From Squatina squatina (taxonomy: Eukaryota): a stretch of DNA of 43,539 nucleotides. The notes under the pieces are model-generated. The model was given only the letters and a program-made list of their open reading frames with translations. It did no database searches and had not been told where the DNA came from. The DNA lies in NCBI GenBank assembly GCA_031763465.1, contig JARFOE010000176.1:7991003-8034541 (forward strand), read 5' to 3'. Of the stretch, positions 12,606-23,517 are shown in pieces. The first letter of the stretch is position 1. The number at the start of each line of letters is the position of its first letter. The position numbers were made by a program, and so were the translations under genes.

Positions 12606-12900
12606 AGAAATAGCAGTTCTTCTATTCAGCGTAGGAATGGGATGGATACAGATTCATCAGAAATTACCTATGCAGTGCCACCAAACATTGCTATATGTCA
12701 CGGTTTCAGCAACTTTGCCAGACTTCAGAATGAGAGTTCTTCAGGAATTGAATTGTACAACAGATCAGAGCTTTTATGTTATTCTTGAAAAAGTTAAAAA
12801 TGCATGTGTCACAAATTAATGAAAGACTTCCGAAAATTACAAGTGAATTGAAATTAAGATTATCCCTTCATTAGTTTCACAATTGCCAATAGGTACTCAC

Positions 12901-12969
12901 CACTAAATCCCAATTATTCTGTTCGAGCAATGTAATAGCTTCATCAATATTTTCAATTCCAGTGCATGC
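12901..12969 (-). CDS. FAF1: FAS-associated factor 1, coding exon 2 (UBA domain)
   Basis: ttttctgtag|...|gtgagt splice sites; 69 nt translating ACTGIENIDEAITLLEQNNWDLV, matching the FAF1 N-terminal UBA region. Confidence 0.96.
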
Positions 12970-13303
12970 CTACAGAAAAAGAAAAAAGTGATGGTTTAAA
13001 AGGCTAAAATTTGTAAATATTTCACATATAGCAAATATTAACTTTGCATTGTACAACCTGTTTTACCAACCCACATCATCTAAAATGATACACCTTTCAT
13101 AATTTAACAAAGCATGAAACAAGAAAAAGTTATTTGGACCATTAAACTCCAGTACAGCTATAAATCATGATCACTTTACCCTGCCTATGCAATCTTTTGA
13201 GGAAAATTTCTGAATAAACACTAATAAACACTGATCCCAACATTATTATCGCAATAATGATCATCTCAGTTCCTACCTATTCCAACATCTCCAACTTGCT
13301 TTC

Positions 13304-13437
13304 AGCCATGGTTCAGTGGTAGCACTGTTGCACGGAGTTGGAAGATTGTGGATTCAGGTCCCACTCGAAACTTGAGCACAAAATCTAGGTCGCCACTCCA
13401 GTGTAGTACTGTCAGAGGTGTTGTCTTTCGGTTGAAA
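13304..13437 (+). mobile_element. tRNA-headed Deu-domain SINE (SacSINE1-like), truncated
   Basis: agccatggttcagtggtagcac (A box)...gacttgagcacaaaatctagg-like core...gtcagaggtgttgtctttcgg, homologous to 32899-32979 and 33181-33605. Confidence 0.7.
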
Positions 13438-13488
13438 TAAGAACATAAGAAATAGGAACAGGAGTAGGCCAATTGGCCCCTCGAGCCT
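13438..13488 (-). mobile_element. CR1 LINE 3' tail inserted into the SINE
   Basis: taagaacataagaaataggaacaggagtaggccaattggcccctcgagcct is the CR1 terminal repeat plus hairpin motif; runs into a gap. Confidence 0.75.
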
Positions 13489-14954
13489 NNNNNNNNNNNN
13501 NNNNNNNNNNNNNNNNNNNNNNNNNNNNNNNNNNNNNNNNNNNNNNNNNNNNNNNNNNNNNNNNNNNNNNNNNNNNNNNNNNNNNNNNTTGAGCGTTTTC
13601 ATCCCGAAGTAACCTCAAATATAGTGCAGCTGCCACTGCAGCCCTGCATTGGCTCTATTACTTCAGTGACTGAATTCCAGCAGCTGTTCTTCCTGGTCCT
13701 CAGTCAGGGTGAACATTTTACTGCCCTAGTTATATTTCAATGAGTGGTGTACCATCAACTTAATTTTTAACAAATTGGTCAGGCGTTGTTGCATTGTCCA
13801 GTTGCACTGCAGTTGATACGAAGGCACAGTTCCTTGCAGGCATACTCAAATATGCATCCACCAAGCACTATTACCAGCCTCCAATTCCCAGTGAAATTTT
13901 TAATGTTTGGAAAGAGCTCTTTTCAAGGATCAACTAACTTCAGCATAGCAAGCTGCCGTTAGCCTTTAAAAATAAAGTTTAAACTGCATGTTAAACCCTG
14001 CATACACCACTTGGCCTCACGAGCAGTGGCAATCTTGAAATTTCTAAAAATGTCAGCATTACACTGCATCTTTGGTATTAATGTAGCACTGATTCCAAAG
14101 ATAAAGCATAACTGTGCTAAAGGCAGTGCTTGCAAGTTTCAGCTCATGTTTAGAAACGTCAGATGATTTTATGACAGTACATTGGTAACAGATATTTATT
14201 CTGATTCAAGACCTTGGTGTGAATATGTAATTCATCTGAATAACTAACCAATGCGTAAGTATTCTACTTCGAAACATGTGTGGATGTTGCAGAGATGTCT
14301 CGCAGCAAAGCAGTCCCAGTCGCTTCACCTCAATAAATTATGCAAATACAAATATGTGCAACAGCACAAATTTATCCCACACCCTACGTAACTGCACTTT
14401 TGGTATAGATTTGTTTATTATAATGTTTGTGTATCAAGAATTATACTGTTATTGAATTCTGATTATTTTGCTCAAAATGTAACTCCTACCCTCCTGAATT
14501 AACAAGAACTGCATACAACTGGCACAACAAATGCTGTGTTGATTGTGGACTTGTTATTTTTCCTGTTCCAACCACAAAGGCTTTGTTATTTTATTTTTAA
14601 CATATTTCTATTGACCTATTACAAGGGTTATAATGTGAAGCCTACTTATGATCAACTCTGAAGACATCAATGTACAAAATCTTTTCCATCCAGTCCAGCG
14701 TAAAGTATTATGGTTAAAATCAATTTCATTGCTAAAAATATTTTGATAAAAATTCTAGTTTGTGGTGATTTAAGATCAAACAACCTGCCTCCTTCCTAAG
14801 CCATAATAACTGTCTAAATATAAATAAGCTTTCCACACAAACTAAATCGTTAATACTTATTATCAAAAGCAAAATTAAAATAAAAAAATGTCTTATTTAT
14901 CNNNNNNNNNNTGTTGTATCACTAATGCTTCCAGTGATCTGTTAAAGATTGTGA

Positions 14955-15625
14955 GGGCTGGATTTTCAGATGAGACAGCAGTGAAAATTTGGACTGCCCC
15001 AACCTGAGCCTGCCCCTGCTGGGACCACTGCTCATCACTCCTTCCCCGCCCACCACGTGCAAATACCAGAGAGCAAAGGGAACCCTGGTTCCTGGTCTAT
15101 TCCCTTCTCATCTGCCCCTGCTCCTGCTGATCCCTAGGATCACCAGACTTCACTTAATGATAGTCTCTGGGGTGGCAGAGAAATGGCCAAGAACTCCTCA
15201 AATGAAGGAAGAGGCTACGCTGAGGCCTTCATTGGGAGAGCTGCCCCTTAACTTAGGGTGCCTCGTATGATGCTGCAGCACTGGACTTGCTGCAGTGCTG
15301 CAAGGCCAGTAGTGGGCTCCCATTTGCTGGTGGCAATCCTGTCAGAATCCTGATAATGTTTAATGACCCTCCCCCAACCCAAGAAACTGGGCCAGGGTCA
15401 TGGCTGAGTTAGGGCAGTGGTTACAAGTTCCACCCATAAGAGATGCTAACGGGAGACACCAAACAGGGCAATTTTGGTCCCATACTCTCCTATGAGNNNN
15501 NNNNNNNNNNNNNNNNNNNNNNNNNNNNNNNNNNNNNNNNNNNNNNNNNNNNNNNNNNNNNNNNNNNNNNNNNNNNNNNNNNNNNNNNNNNNNNNNATGA
15601 GATAAGAACTGGACCTTTCCAGCCC
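14955..15625. mobile_element. Possible non-autonomous DNA transposon (MITE)
   Basis: GC-rich island beginning gggctggatttt and ending tttccagccc (8-bp inverted match gggctgga). A gap at 15497-15596 lies between the ends, so they may belong to different elements. Confidence 0.35.
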
Positions 15626-15744
15626 ACTTTAACTTCTGATTAAAAGCTCAATGAAATCCTTAGAATGAGTTGCATGAGAGAGCTAAAGAACCACTGTGCA
15701 ATGATCAAAAATCTGGTCACTGAAAACAGTCTGGTAGGCTTCCC

Positions 15745-16130
15745 TATCGTTCAGTTGTCCAGTGTGGAATTGAGTGTTACACACTAGACAGGCCCCAGAT
15801 TCAATCCCCAGTCTGCACTGAGCAGTGGGTCTTAGTTGGAATGGCAGGGTGGGGTGCTACAATTGGGCTAGAGAGGGAAAGCAGTCAGTGTTTCTGTTCC
15901 TGAAGGCTGTCCAATAAATCTTGATGTAAAGTACATGTGTACAGATAAGTAAAGGGGCCAGGATTGGGCTTGATGGTGATGTTTCTTACAGTTGAATAGC
16001 CTGCTAGTGATTACTGTCTAGAGTCACACATTAAAAATGGTTATTTTTGTATGGCACTTGAGGGCCACTGGTGTCTATAGCAACATGCCCCAGGAAGAGT
16101 CAGTGCCTTCAGGATATTAGGGAAGAAAAT
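15745..16130 (+). mobile_element. Old SINE-like interspersed repeat (copy 1)
   Basis: B-box-like gattcaatcccc head; body shares motifs in reverse complement with 21862-22195 (cctgaag..ctgactc....tgggg; atgtgtga...tagacagt; caggc). Confidence 0.55.
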
Positions 16131-16229
16131 AGCTTTCAAAATCATAGCCTACAGTGTAATGTATCTGTGTTATGGGAGGTTTTCATTCAAGGTACAGTCA
16201 TGGCAGCTTATGATTAAGGGGTCTTTGAC

Positions 16230-18081
16230 ATTTGAGAAGCAGCCGTAGGTCATACCATATTGAATTGGCCAGTCCCGCGATAGAGAGTTACTGCCCGTCC
16301 ACTCCTCGGGTCCTTGCTCTGGTCTTATCGCGTGCAATTTTTTTAACTGAGTTTTTTTTTCTCGGTCGAAATTCTTGTTGCTTCCCACCAGAGTGTTGTG
16401 CCTAATTTAAATGGGACATGGGTCCTGTTACTGTTACACATACACGTAATGATTTGCAGGATACCATCTTGAATACATATTCAGTTCAGCTACCTCAGGC
16501 ATGGCTGAACTTGCTCCTGCGGTGACAGTTGTCAGCAGTGAGCGCTGCTCAGGGGACAGACCACAACGGGCCGTTTAGACAACTTGTCAGTCTCGGCATA
16601 TCTTGTTTGCATTTACAAAAGATGGCACCTGGACTTAGGAACGGTGCGTGTTGGACAGGTGGCCGAAAGACGGCGAGTTTNNNNNNNNNNACACGCTCCA
16701 CCATGAGAGCGCGAAGCCTAAAAACCCTCCAGTTCTGAGACACCAAGGGCCCGGACGAGAAATTCTGGTCTGACCTTCGCGTGCAAAATGCAAATCAGTA
16801 GATTAATAGGTGGAGTTGGAGTGGGGATTGGCTCTTTCAATTTACATTGTACAGTTTAAAATTGCTCCGCGTCCGTTACTGGGATTCCGTCAGCGCAAAG
16901 TATAACGGAGACGCCTTTGCAAAGGTTAATGTGCGAGCAGAGAGCCCGGGGAGCGAGCGCCCAAAGCACAAAACCCGCTCCGGAGCGCCAGTCCGCGCTG
17001 GCCTCAGCTCCAGCTTTAAACCGTGCCTGCCGTTTCCGTTACGACGCAGAGTGTGGGCGGCACTGGCAGAAGCTGAGAAGCGCTCATTTTTAAAATTTGA
17101 TGATGTCAATAAGTTTTTTTTTCTCGCAAAACTGCTATAAGCGATCAGCAATTACGGAACCGCCAGCATTTTCATAAGGAGCAAAACGTCAACCTTCACC
17201 GTTGCAAGGGCAACTGCACGAATCCTGTGACCGGATCACAACGGCTACTTTAAACGTGAACATTTGCACATTAACCGGGGCAGCAGCAAGTTACTTTCTT
17301 GCTCGGAATACGAGGATAGCGCCGCAATGAGCAGTCGCTGCCTTCCAAGCCCGGGACTGGACATGTCAAAGCTGACAGACTCACTTCCTTTGAACGGAGC
17401 GGCTTTTTGGCATTTTTCTGCAATTTAATTTGACTAAAAGAGTAAGTGGAACCCAAAAAAACAGAAATCTTATGAACAAGCCGGAGTTTGCTGCCGAGAG
17501 CAGCCTTTCCTTTGCAGTGAAGTAACAGTTGCAAAATGGGCGGGAAAACTGCAAAACATTCAAATATTGTATCTCTATGGGGATACAGTAACTGATTCAA
17601 CTGCTGTATTTTCTGAAATTATTTCGAGATTTTTTTTACAATCGCGTGGGTGAGATACTAATTATCCACGCAGCAGCTGACGAGAAGTTAATCGAATTCT
17701 GATATTTTTNNNNNNNNNNNNNNNNNNNNNNNNNNNNNNNNNNNNNNNNNNNNNNNNNNNNNNNNNNNNNNNNNNNNNNNNNNNNNNNNNNNNNNNNNNN
17801 NNNNNNNNNTTCTGATATTTTTTGTGCATCTGGGGGAACATGGCACAAATCACTTGAAAATGTTAACTTTGAGATAGCCAAGCTATCCTTGGACTTGTAT
17901 CACGTGTATTATATTGATGAGAAAAAAAGGGGCGGATCGGGCAACGTCATTACGAGGGATCACACATCAATTACTCTAGGTTAGTAAATACTATACTACA
18001 GAGCGGGGCCAGATTCTTCATCTCCACCATACCTGTTGGCGTCTGTGCTTTTCGGATTTCGACCTTTTTGAAGTATTAATA
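16230..18081. promoter_or_regulatory. CpG-rich region: CDKN2C promoter/5' UTR (divergent to FAF1)
   Basis: High CpG density relative to flanks, directly upstream of the CDKN2C ATG. Contains a consensus E2F site GGCGGGAAAA at 17539-17548 and a GC box ggggcgga near 17929. Confidence 0.7.
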
Positions 18082-18219
18082 ATGGAAACAGCTGATGGAT
18101 CAGACGGTGATAAACTAACAAGCGCGGCAGCCAAAGGAGACTCGAAAGAAGTCAACACTTTGCTCGAAAACGGGGTGAAAGTGGGTGCAATCAATAAGTT
18201 TGGCAGAACTGCACTTCAG
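18082..18219 (+). CDS. CDKN2C: Cyclin-dependent kinase 4 inhibitor C (p18INK4c), coding exon 1
   Basis: METADGSDGDKLTSAAAKGDSKEVNTLLENGVKVGAINKFGRTALQ|gttggt: INK4 ankyrin repeat 1 with the conserved FGRTALQ|VM intron position. Synteny with FAF1 and RNF11 supports the CDKN2C identity. Confidence 0.92.
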
Positions 18220-19853
18220 GTTGGTGTAACTATTATTTTTTTTCTGCACTACGTACCGCATTTTCATCCGTGAGAAAATCAAGCCTGCGCTGTCCTACGT
18301 GCATTGTTTTTTATTTTCCTAAAAAAAAACGTCCACCTATTTTCGTCAATGTGTCAGTGTGGATCAGACAGCAGTAGATACGCATTGCTGAAATAGCCAT
18401 TGAATTGCAAAACACCTTGGTAAAAACAAATGCAATTTGCTTTGATAATGCCGTTTGATTATATGATTCTCCACCAGTATCTTTCGGGACGATGCGATTT
18501 CTTCACTTCNNNNNNNNNNNNNNNNNNNNNNNNNNNNNNNNNNNNNNNNNNNNNNNNNNNNNNNNNNNNNNNNNNNNNNNNNNNNNNNNNNNNNNNNNNN
18601 NNNNNNNNNNNNNNNNNNNNNNNNNNNNNNNNNNNNNNNNNNNNNNNNNNNNNNNNNNNNNNNNNNNNNNNNNNNNNNNNNNNNNNNNNNNNNNNNNNNN
18701 NNNNNNNNNNNNNNNNNNNNNNNNNNNNNNNNNNNNNNNNNNNNNNNNNNNNNNNNNNNNNNNNNNNNNNNNNNNNNNNNNNNNNNNNNNNNNNNNNNNN
18801 NNNNNNNNNNNNNNNNNNNNNNNNNNNNNNNNNNNNNNNNNNNNNNNNNNNNNNNNNNNNNNNNNNNNNNNNNNNNNNNNNNNNNNNNNNNNNNNNNNNN
18901 NNNNNNNNNNNNNNNNNNNNNNNNNNNNNNNNNNNNNNNNNNNNNNNNNNNNNNNNNNNNNNNNNNNNNNNNNNNNNNNNNNNNNNNNNNNNNNNNNNNN
19001 NNNNNNNNNNNNNNNNNNNNNNNNNNNNNNNNNNNNNNNNNNNNNNNNNNNNNNNNNNNNNNNNNNNNNNNNNNNNNNNNNNNNNNNNNNNNNNNNNNNN
19101 NNNNNNNNNNNNNNNNNNNNNNNNNNNNNNNNNNNNNNNNNNNNNNNNNNNNNNNNNNNNNNNNNNNNNNNNNNNNNNNNNNNNNNNNNNNNNNNNNNNN
19201 NNNNNNNNNNNNNNNNNNNNNNNNNNNNNNNNNNNNNNNNNNNNNNNNNNNNNNNNNNNNNNNNNNNNNNNNNNNNNNNNNNNNNNNNNNNNNNNNNNNN
19301 NNNNNNNNNNNNNNNNNNNNNNNNNNNNNNTTTTGACACGCAGAAGCTCATTTGTTTGAACGACGGTATAAACCTGCATTTAAAGTCACAGTAACTAAGC
19401 AATATATTTTGTAATGTTCATATTTTAACTACTATATATTAACTTTTAAAGTTCCCCCCTCCGAATTACCTCTTAGGTAAGAGGATAGGGCACCGGCTCC
19501 TGGTGTACTCACGATTTTAAATAACGGCTTTCCTTTTTGCATAATATGAAGATTATTCTTTCAGCAAATGTCACAATTTTTGTTTATTTTCTATATTGAA
19601 AGGTTGACTGCACTAAACGTTATGAAAATAAGAGTTCATAGTTGGTTTATGCATTACTATCTTGCCTCTCGAAACATTCTGTGGTTTACCTCGAATCGCG
19701 TTTTAACTGTGCAGTAATGATATGCAATACAATAACTAAACGTTTTGATTTAATTTAATGAATTAAATCAATGAATGCGTCTACAGGTAACCAGAATTGA
19801 CCTGTAAAAATAAAATTTCGTTTTCTTTAATATCAAAAAGAAANNNNNNNNNN

Positions 19854-20150
19854 AGTCTTGCATTTATATAGCCCCTTTCAGGTTGTCCCAAAACAGCTAA
19901 TTAAACTACACATTTGAAGTGTAGTCATTGTTGTAATGTAGAAAACGCGGCAGCCAGTTGCGCACAGTCAGGTCCCACAAACAGCAGTGTGATAACAACC
20001 AGATAAGCTGCTTTTGTTATGTTGATTGAAGGATAAATATAGGCCAGGACACCGGGGATAACTCCCCTGCTGGTCTTCGAAATAGTGCCACCGGAAAGAA
20101 CAGACAGGGCCTTGGTTTAACGTCTCATCTGAAAGACTGCACCTCTGACG
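19854..20150 (-). mobile_element. Deu-domain SINE (SacSINE1-like) in CDKN2C intron
   Basis: Reverse complement of the 33181-33605 element (cttgcatttatatagc...cccacaaacagca...ggataaatataggccagg...ggtttaacgtctcatctgaaagac). Confidence 0.8.
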
Positions 20151-20556
20151 GTGAAAAGTGTCCAGATAAAATACAGAAATAGATTGGTCCAACATTTACC
20201 AACTATCAAATAATAGTTGTGGTGAAACATCATTACGAATTTCGTTAAATCAAAAGTTAGTTGGAAAAGTTGAGATATAGCACCTGGACTCANNNNNNNN
20301 NNTACTCAGGAAAAAGGATTAGAGAATTTGATTAAAATGGATGTTTGTTGCACTAACTTTGCGTAGTTAACAGACTTAAACATACATTGCTTAAGGTTTT
20401 ATAATAGTCTTACAGAGAGAAAAAAATGCCAGTCTTGCAGTACATCCTTTAATTCTGTAATGTTAAAATTTGGTGTTTTTAAGATATATGTGCTGGTACT
20501 ATCTTACATTTCATGTTTTTTTTCTCTTTTTTTTTACCCCTTTTCTATATTTCCAG

Positions 20557-20850
20557 GTGATGCAAATGGGTAATACTATAATAGCCAAATCATTGCTGAA
20601 AGCTGGAGCTGAACCAAACCAGCAAGATCACAGTGGATTCACACCAGCTCACGATGCGGCTCGGGAAGGCTTTCTGGACACTTTGAAAACCTTGGTGGAC
20701 TTTGGGGCAAATGTTAATATTGAAAATTCTGAGGGCAATCTGCCCATCCATCTTGCTGCACAGGAAGGTCACACAGATGTAATTATTTTTTTGGCAAAGA
20801 AATCAAACCTCTCACATAAAAACGAAAAGGGACAGACTAGAGCACGAATA
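20557..20850 (+). CDS. CDKN2C: p18INK4c coding exon 2 (3' end lost in assembly gap)
   Basis: Long pyrimidine tract + ttccag|GTG; [94 protein letters not shown] (INK4 ankyrin repeats). In phase with exon 1; stop codon not visible. Confidence 0.92.
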
Positions 20851-21861
20851 NNNNNNNNNNNNNNNNNNNNNNNNNNNNNNNNNNNNNNNNNNNNNNNNNN
20901 NNNNNNNNNNNNNNNNNNNNNNNNNNNNNNNNNNNNNNNNNNNNNNNNNNNNNNNNNNNNNNNNNNNNNNNNNNNNNNNNNNNNNNNNNNNNNNNNNNNN
21001 NNNNNNNNNNNNNNNNNNNNNNNNNNNNNNNNNNNNNNNNNNNNNNNNNNNNNNNNNNNNNNNNNNNNNNNNNNNNNNNNNNNNNNNNNNNNNNNNNNNN
21101 NNNNNNNNNNNNNNNNNNNNNNNNNNNNNNNNNNNNNNNNNNNNNNNNNNNNNNNNNNNNNNNNNNNNNNNNNNNNNNNNNNNNNNNNNNNNNNNNNNNN
21201 NNNNNNNNNNNNNNNNNNNNNNNNNNNNNNNNNNNNNNNNNNNNNNNNNNNNNNNNNNNNNNNNNNNNNNNNNNNNNNNNNNNNNNNNNNNNNNNNNNNN
21301 NNNNNNNNNNNNNNNNNNNNNNNNNNNNNNNNNNNNNNNNNNNNNNNNNNNNNNNNNNNNNNNNNNNNNNNNNNNNNNNNNNNNNNNNNNNNNNNNNNNN
21401 NNNNNNNNNNNNNNNNNNNNNNNNNNNNNNNNNNNNNNNNNNNNNNNNNNNNNNNNNNNNNNNNNNNNNNNNNNNNNNNNNNNNNNNNNNNNNNNNNNNN
21501 NNNNNNNNNNNNNNNNNNNNNNNNNNNNNNNNNNNNNNNNNNNNNNNNNNNNNNNNNNNNNNNNNNNNNNNNNNNNNNNNNNNNNNNNNNNNNNNNNNNN
21601 NNNNNNNNNNNNNNNNNNNNNNNNNNNNNNNNNNNNNNNNNNNNNNNNNNNNNNNNNNNNNNNNNNACCGCCTACGCCTGCCGATGTAGAAGCGCCTCGA
21701 GGTACCCAGTTTTGGGTCCATAATAGGTACATTAAAGCATGTTGTAATTAAAAAGAAACAAATTTGTTTTGCAGAATCCTGTTATTTACAGTAAGAGGAT
21801 AATTTGAACCAGACATATTTGCCTTTTCTGTAGTCGATCGATTTTTTGAATTTTTTTATCC

Positions 21862-22195
21862 AGTTCACACCCTCCTCTCCTGAAGCTGCTGACTCAGACT
21901 GGGGAGTGTTTATACAGCTCTCTGGTTCCTCCTTCAAGTGGCCAATCTTCATGTGTGAACATAGACAGTGAGAATTGACAGGCCAGTTTAATCCTACTCT
22001 CAACAATGTCCACACACAGGCACTTTCGAGAAGGGCAATCCATGCAGCCAGAGATCCCAGGGAAAACACTGCCTGAGAGCACGGGGATACAACAAGGCAG
22101 CAAGTAATTGGGAAAATTCTACAGCCAAGGATCCAACCCAGCCGACCTGCAGGAGCATTTCTCCTACCATTAGGTAAGGCACAGCACAGAACACA
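21862..22195 (-). mobile_element. Old SINE-like interspersed repeat (copy 2, inverted relative to copy 1)
   Basis: cctcctctcctgaagctgctgactcagactgggg...aagtggccaatcttcatgtgtgaacatagacagtgag aligns by eye with the reverse complement of about 15990-16120. Confidence 0.55.
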
Positions 22196-22839
22196 ACCAA
22201 CAACAACAAAAAATTGATTACAAATTACAAAATAATTTTCTCCAAGAGTGAAGTGTTCCAATATCAACCAAAACAGCTTACATCATTAAGCTATACCCAA
22301 GGCCTGTCCTGAAGGACCAGTTTTGGAAGGTTTTACAGACAGGATTGCTGAGGCCAATAAAATAAGTGCTGCATGTTACAAACAGAGCAGAATTAGTTTC
22401 TGCTTACTGGAGATTTTTTTTTAAATGTTCAAGCACATTACACGTTTCCAAGTCAAAAAAAATTTTTTTCCCCCTGAAAATGTCTTTAACGCTCAGACCA
22501 CTTATGCTTCATCTCAATTAAAAAGATATTTTGTTGCATTAGAAATCTGGGAGATGAAGCCAAAACACTTTTCATCAGTTTCTTAGTTTCACTGGAACCA
22601 CTTTGGTAGAAACTGCCAGAGTGACGCAGCCTAATATTGTCAGCAAGTGCTTTAGGGTCAATAAAAGTTATTCTGACCTTTCAAGCATACAAACTTTCTC
22701 ACTTCCAGGAGTCAGTTTAAGTATTTCTTTTATGAAGGCCACCCTGCAGGAGTCAATCAGATGAAAGGGGATTGGTTCGAAATGCAGGGAATGGGCATCA
22801 AAAGAGCTGTGCTCAAGGGCAGCTTTCAGAAAAAAACAA

Positions 22840-22995
22840 TTATCCAAACATGACCTGCCTTTTACCATTCATGCTGACTGTCTTTAGTTAGCCTATATCT
22901 TTTGAAGTATACTAGAATTTCATCCGCATTATGACTCACAGTTTTCCTACAACTGAAGCAAGACTAATTACATTACAATCCCCTGGGTTATCCTT
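22840..22995 (-). mobile_element. CR1 reverse-transcriptase internal fragment
   Basis: Minus strand gives QH.MVKGRSCL, the CR1 RT QHGFxKGRSCLTN motif, preceded by a decayed PGxYRxxSLTSVVGK-like segment. Confidence 0.55.
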
Positions 22996-23029
22996 TCTTT
23001 TCCTCTTTTTTGCCTTGTTTGAATATTTC

Positions 23030-23517
23030 AAATATTTTTCCCGCCGCCCACTTTGATCCTTGATTCTCCAATTCAGGAATTTGAGTTTTCGGTGTATTTT
23101 TCGGAATCTTTTATTGCAAAATATTGATTTCGAAAAAAACCACGTTGGAAATGAGAGAAAAAACGTCTAATTTCACCACACCTCCCGGCGTCATACGTGA
23201 GACGTTGTGCTTCCTGTTGCAGAAGTGCCCACAAAAAACAAAGTTAAATGTTGTTTCTTGAAAAAAATGATACTTTGGATTAACATCTTAAAGACGTATT
23301 GATGAACATTAATATTGTGCCAGTTCTTCCGTCCAGAAACCGCTTGGCTGAGCGCTGGGCGAGCGAGGTGACGTTTCGGATACACAGGGTCATATTGAAC
23401 CTGTCAAATCTGCTCGTCACCTCGAAGTGAAGGGAAAACGGTGTCAGAACTAAGGAGATATCGTGGATTGAAAGTGCACGAGTCCGCTCGCTCCAGGAGG
23501 ACAACTGCTGACAGCTT
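23030..23517. promoter_or_regulatory. Second CpG-rich promoter-like island
   Basis: CpG-rich and non-repetitive. Contains E2F consensus TTTTCCCGCC (23036-23045), a GC box, an ETS-like cttcctg and a CRE half-site gtgacgt. No coding exon recognised. Confidence 0.5.

Noticed and set aside
16847-17600. Several 60-110 aa ORFs in the CDKN2C CpG island
   Set aside because: No recognisable domains or FAF1 exon 1 sequence; expected by chance in GC-rich DNA.
8531-17700. Apparent loss of FAF1 exons 1, 3 and 4 and extreme gene compaction
   Set aside because: Each missing exon falls in an interval containing unsized gaps. Exon 2 (ends phase 0) and exon 5 (starts phase 1) cannot splice directly in frame, so missing sequence is the simpler explanation.
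20838-20850. CDKN2C diverging to TRARI, suggesting a novel C-terminus
   Set aside because: These are the last bases before a gap and depart from the expected ankyrin TP/TAxxLA pattern; probably low-quality contig end.
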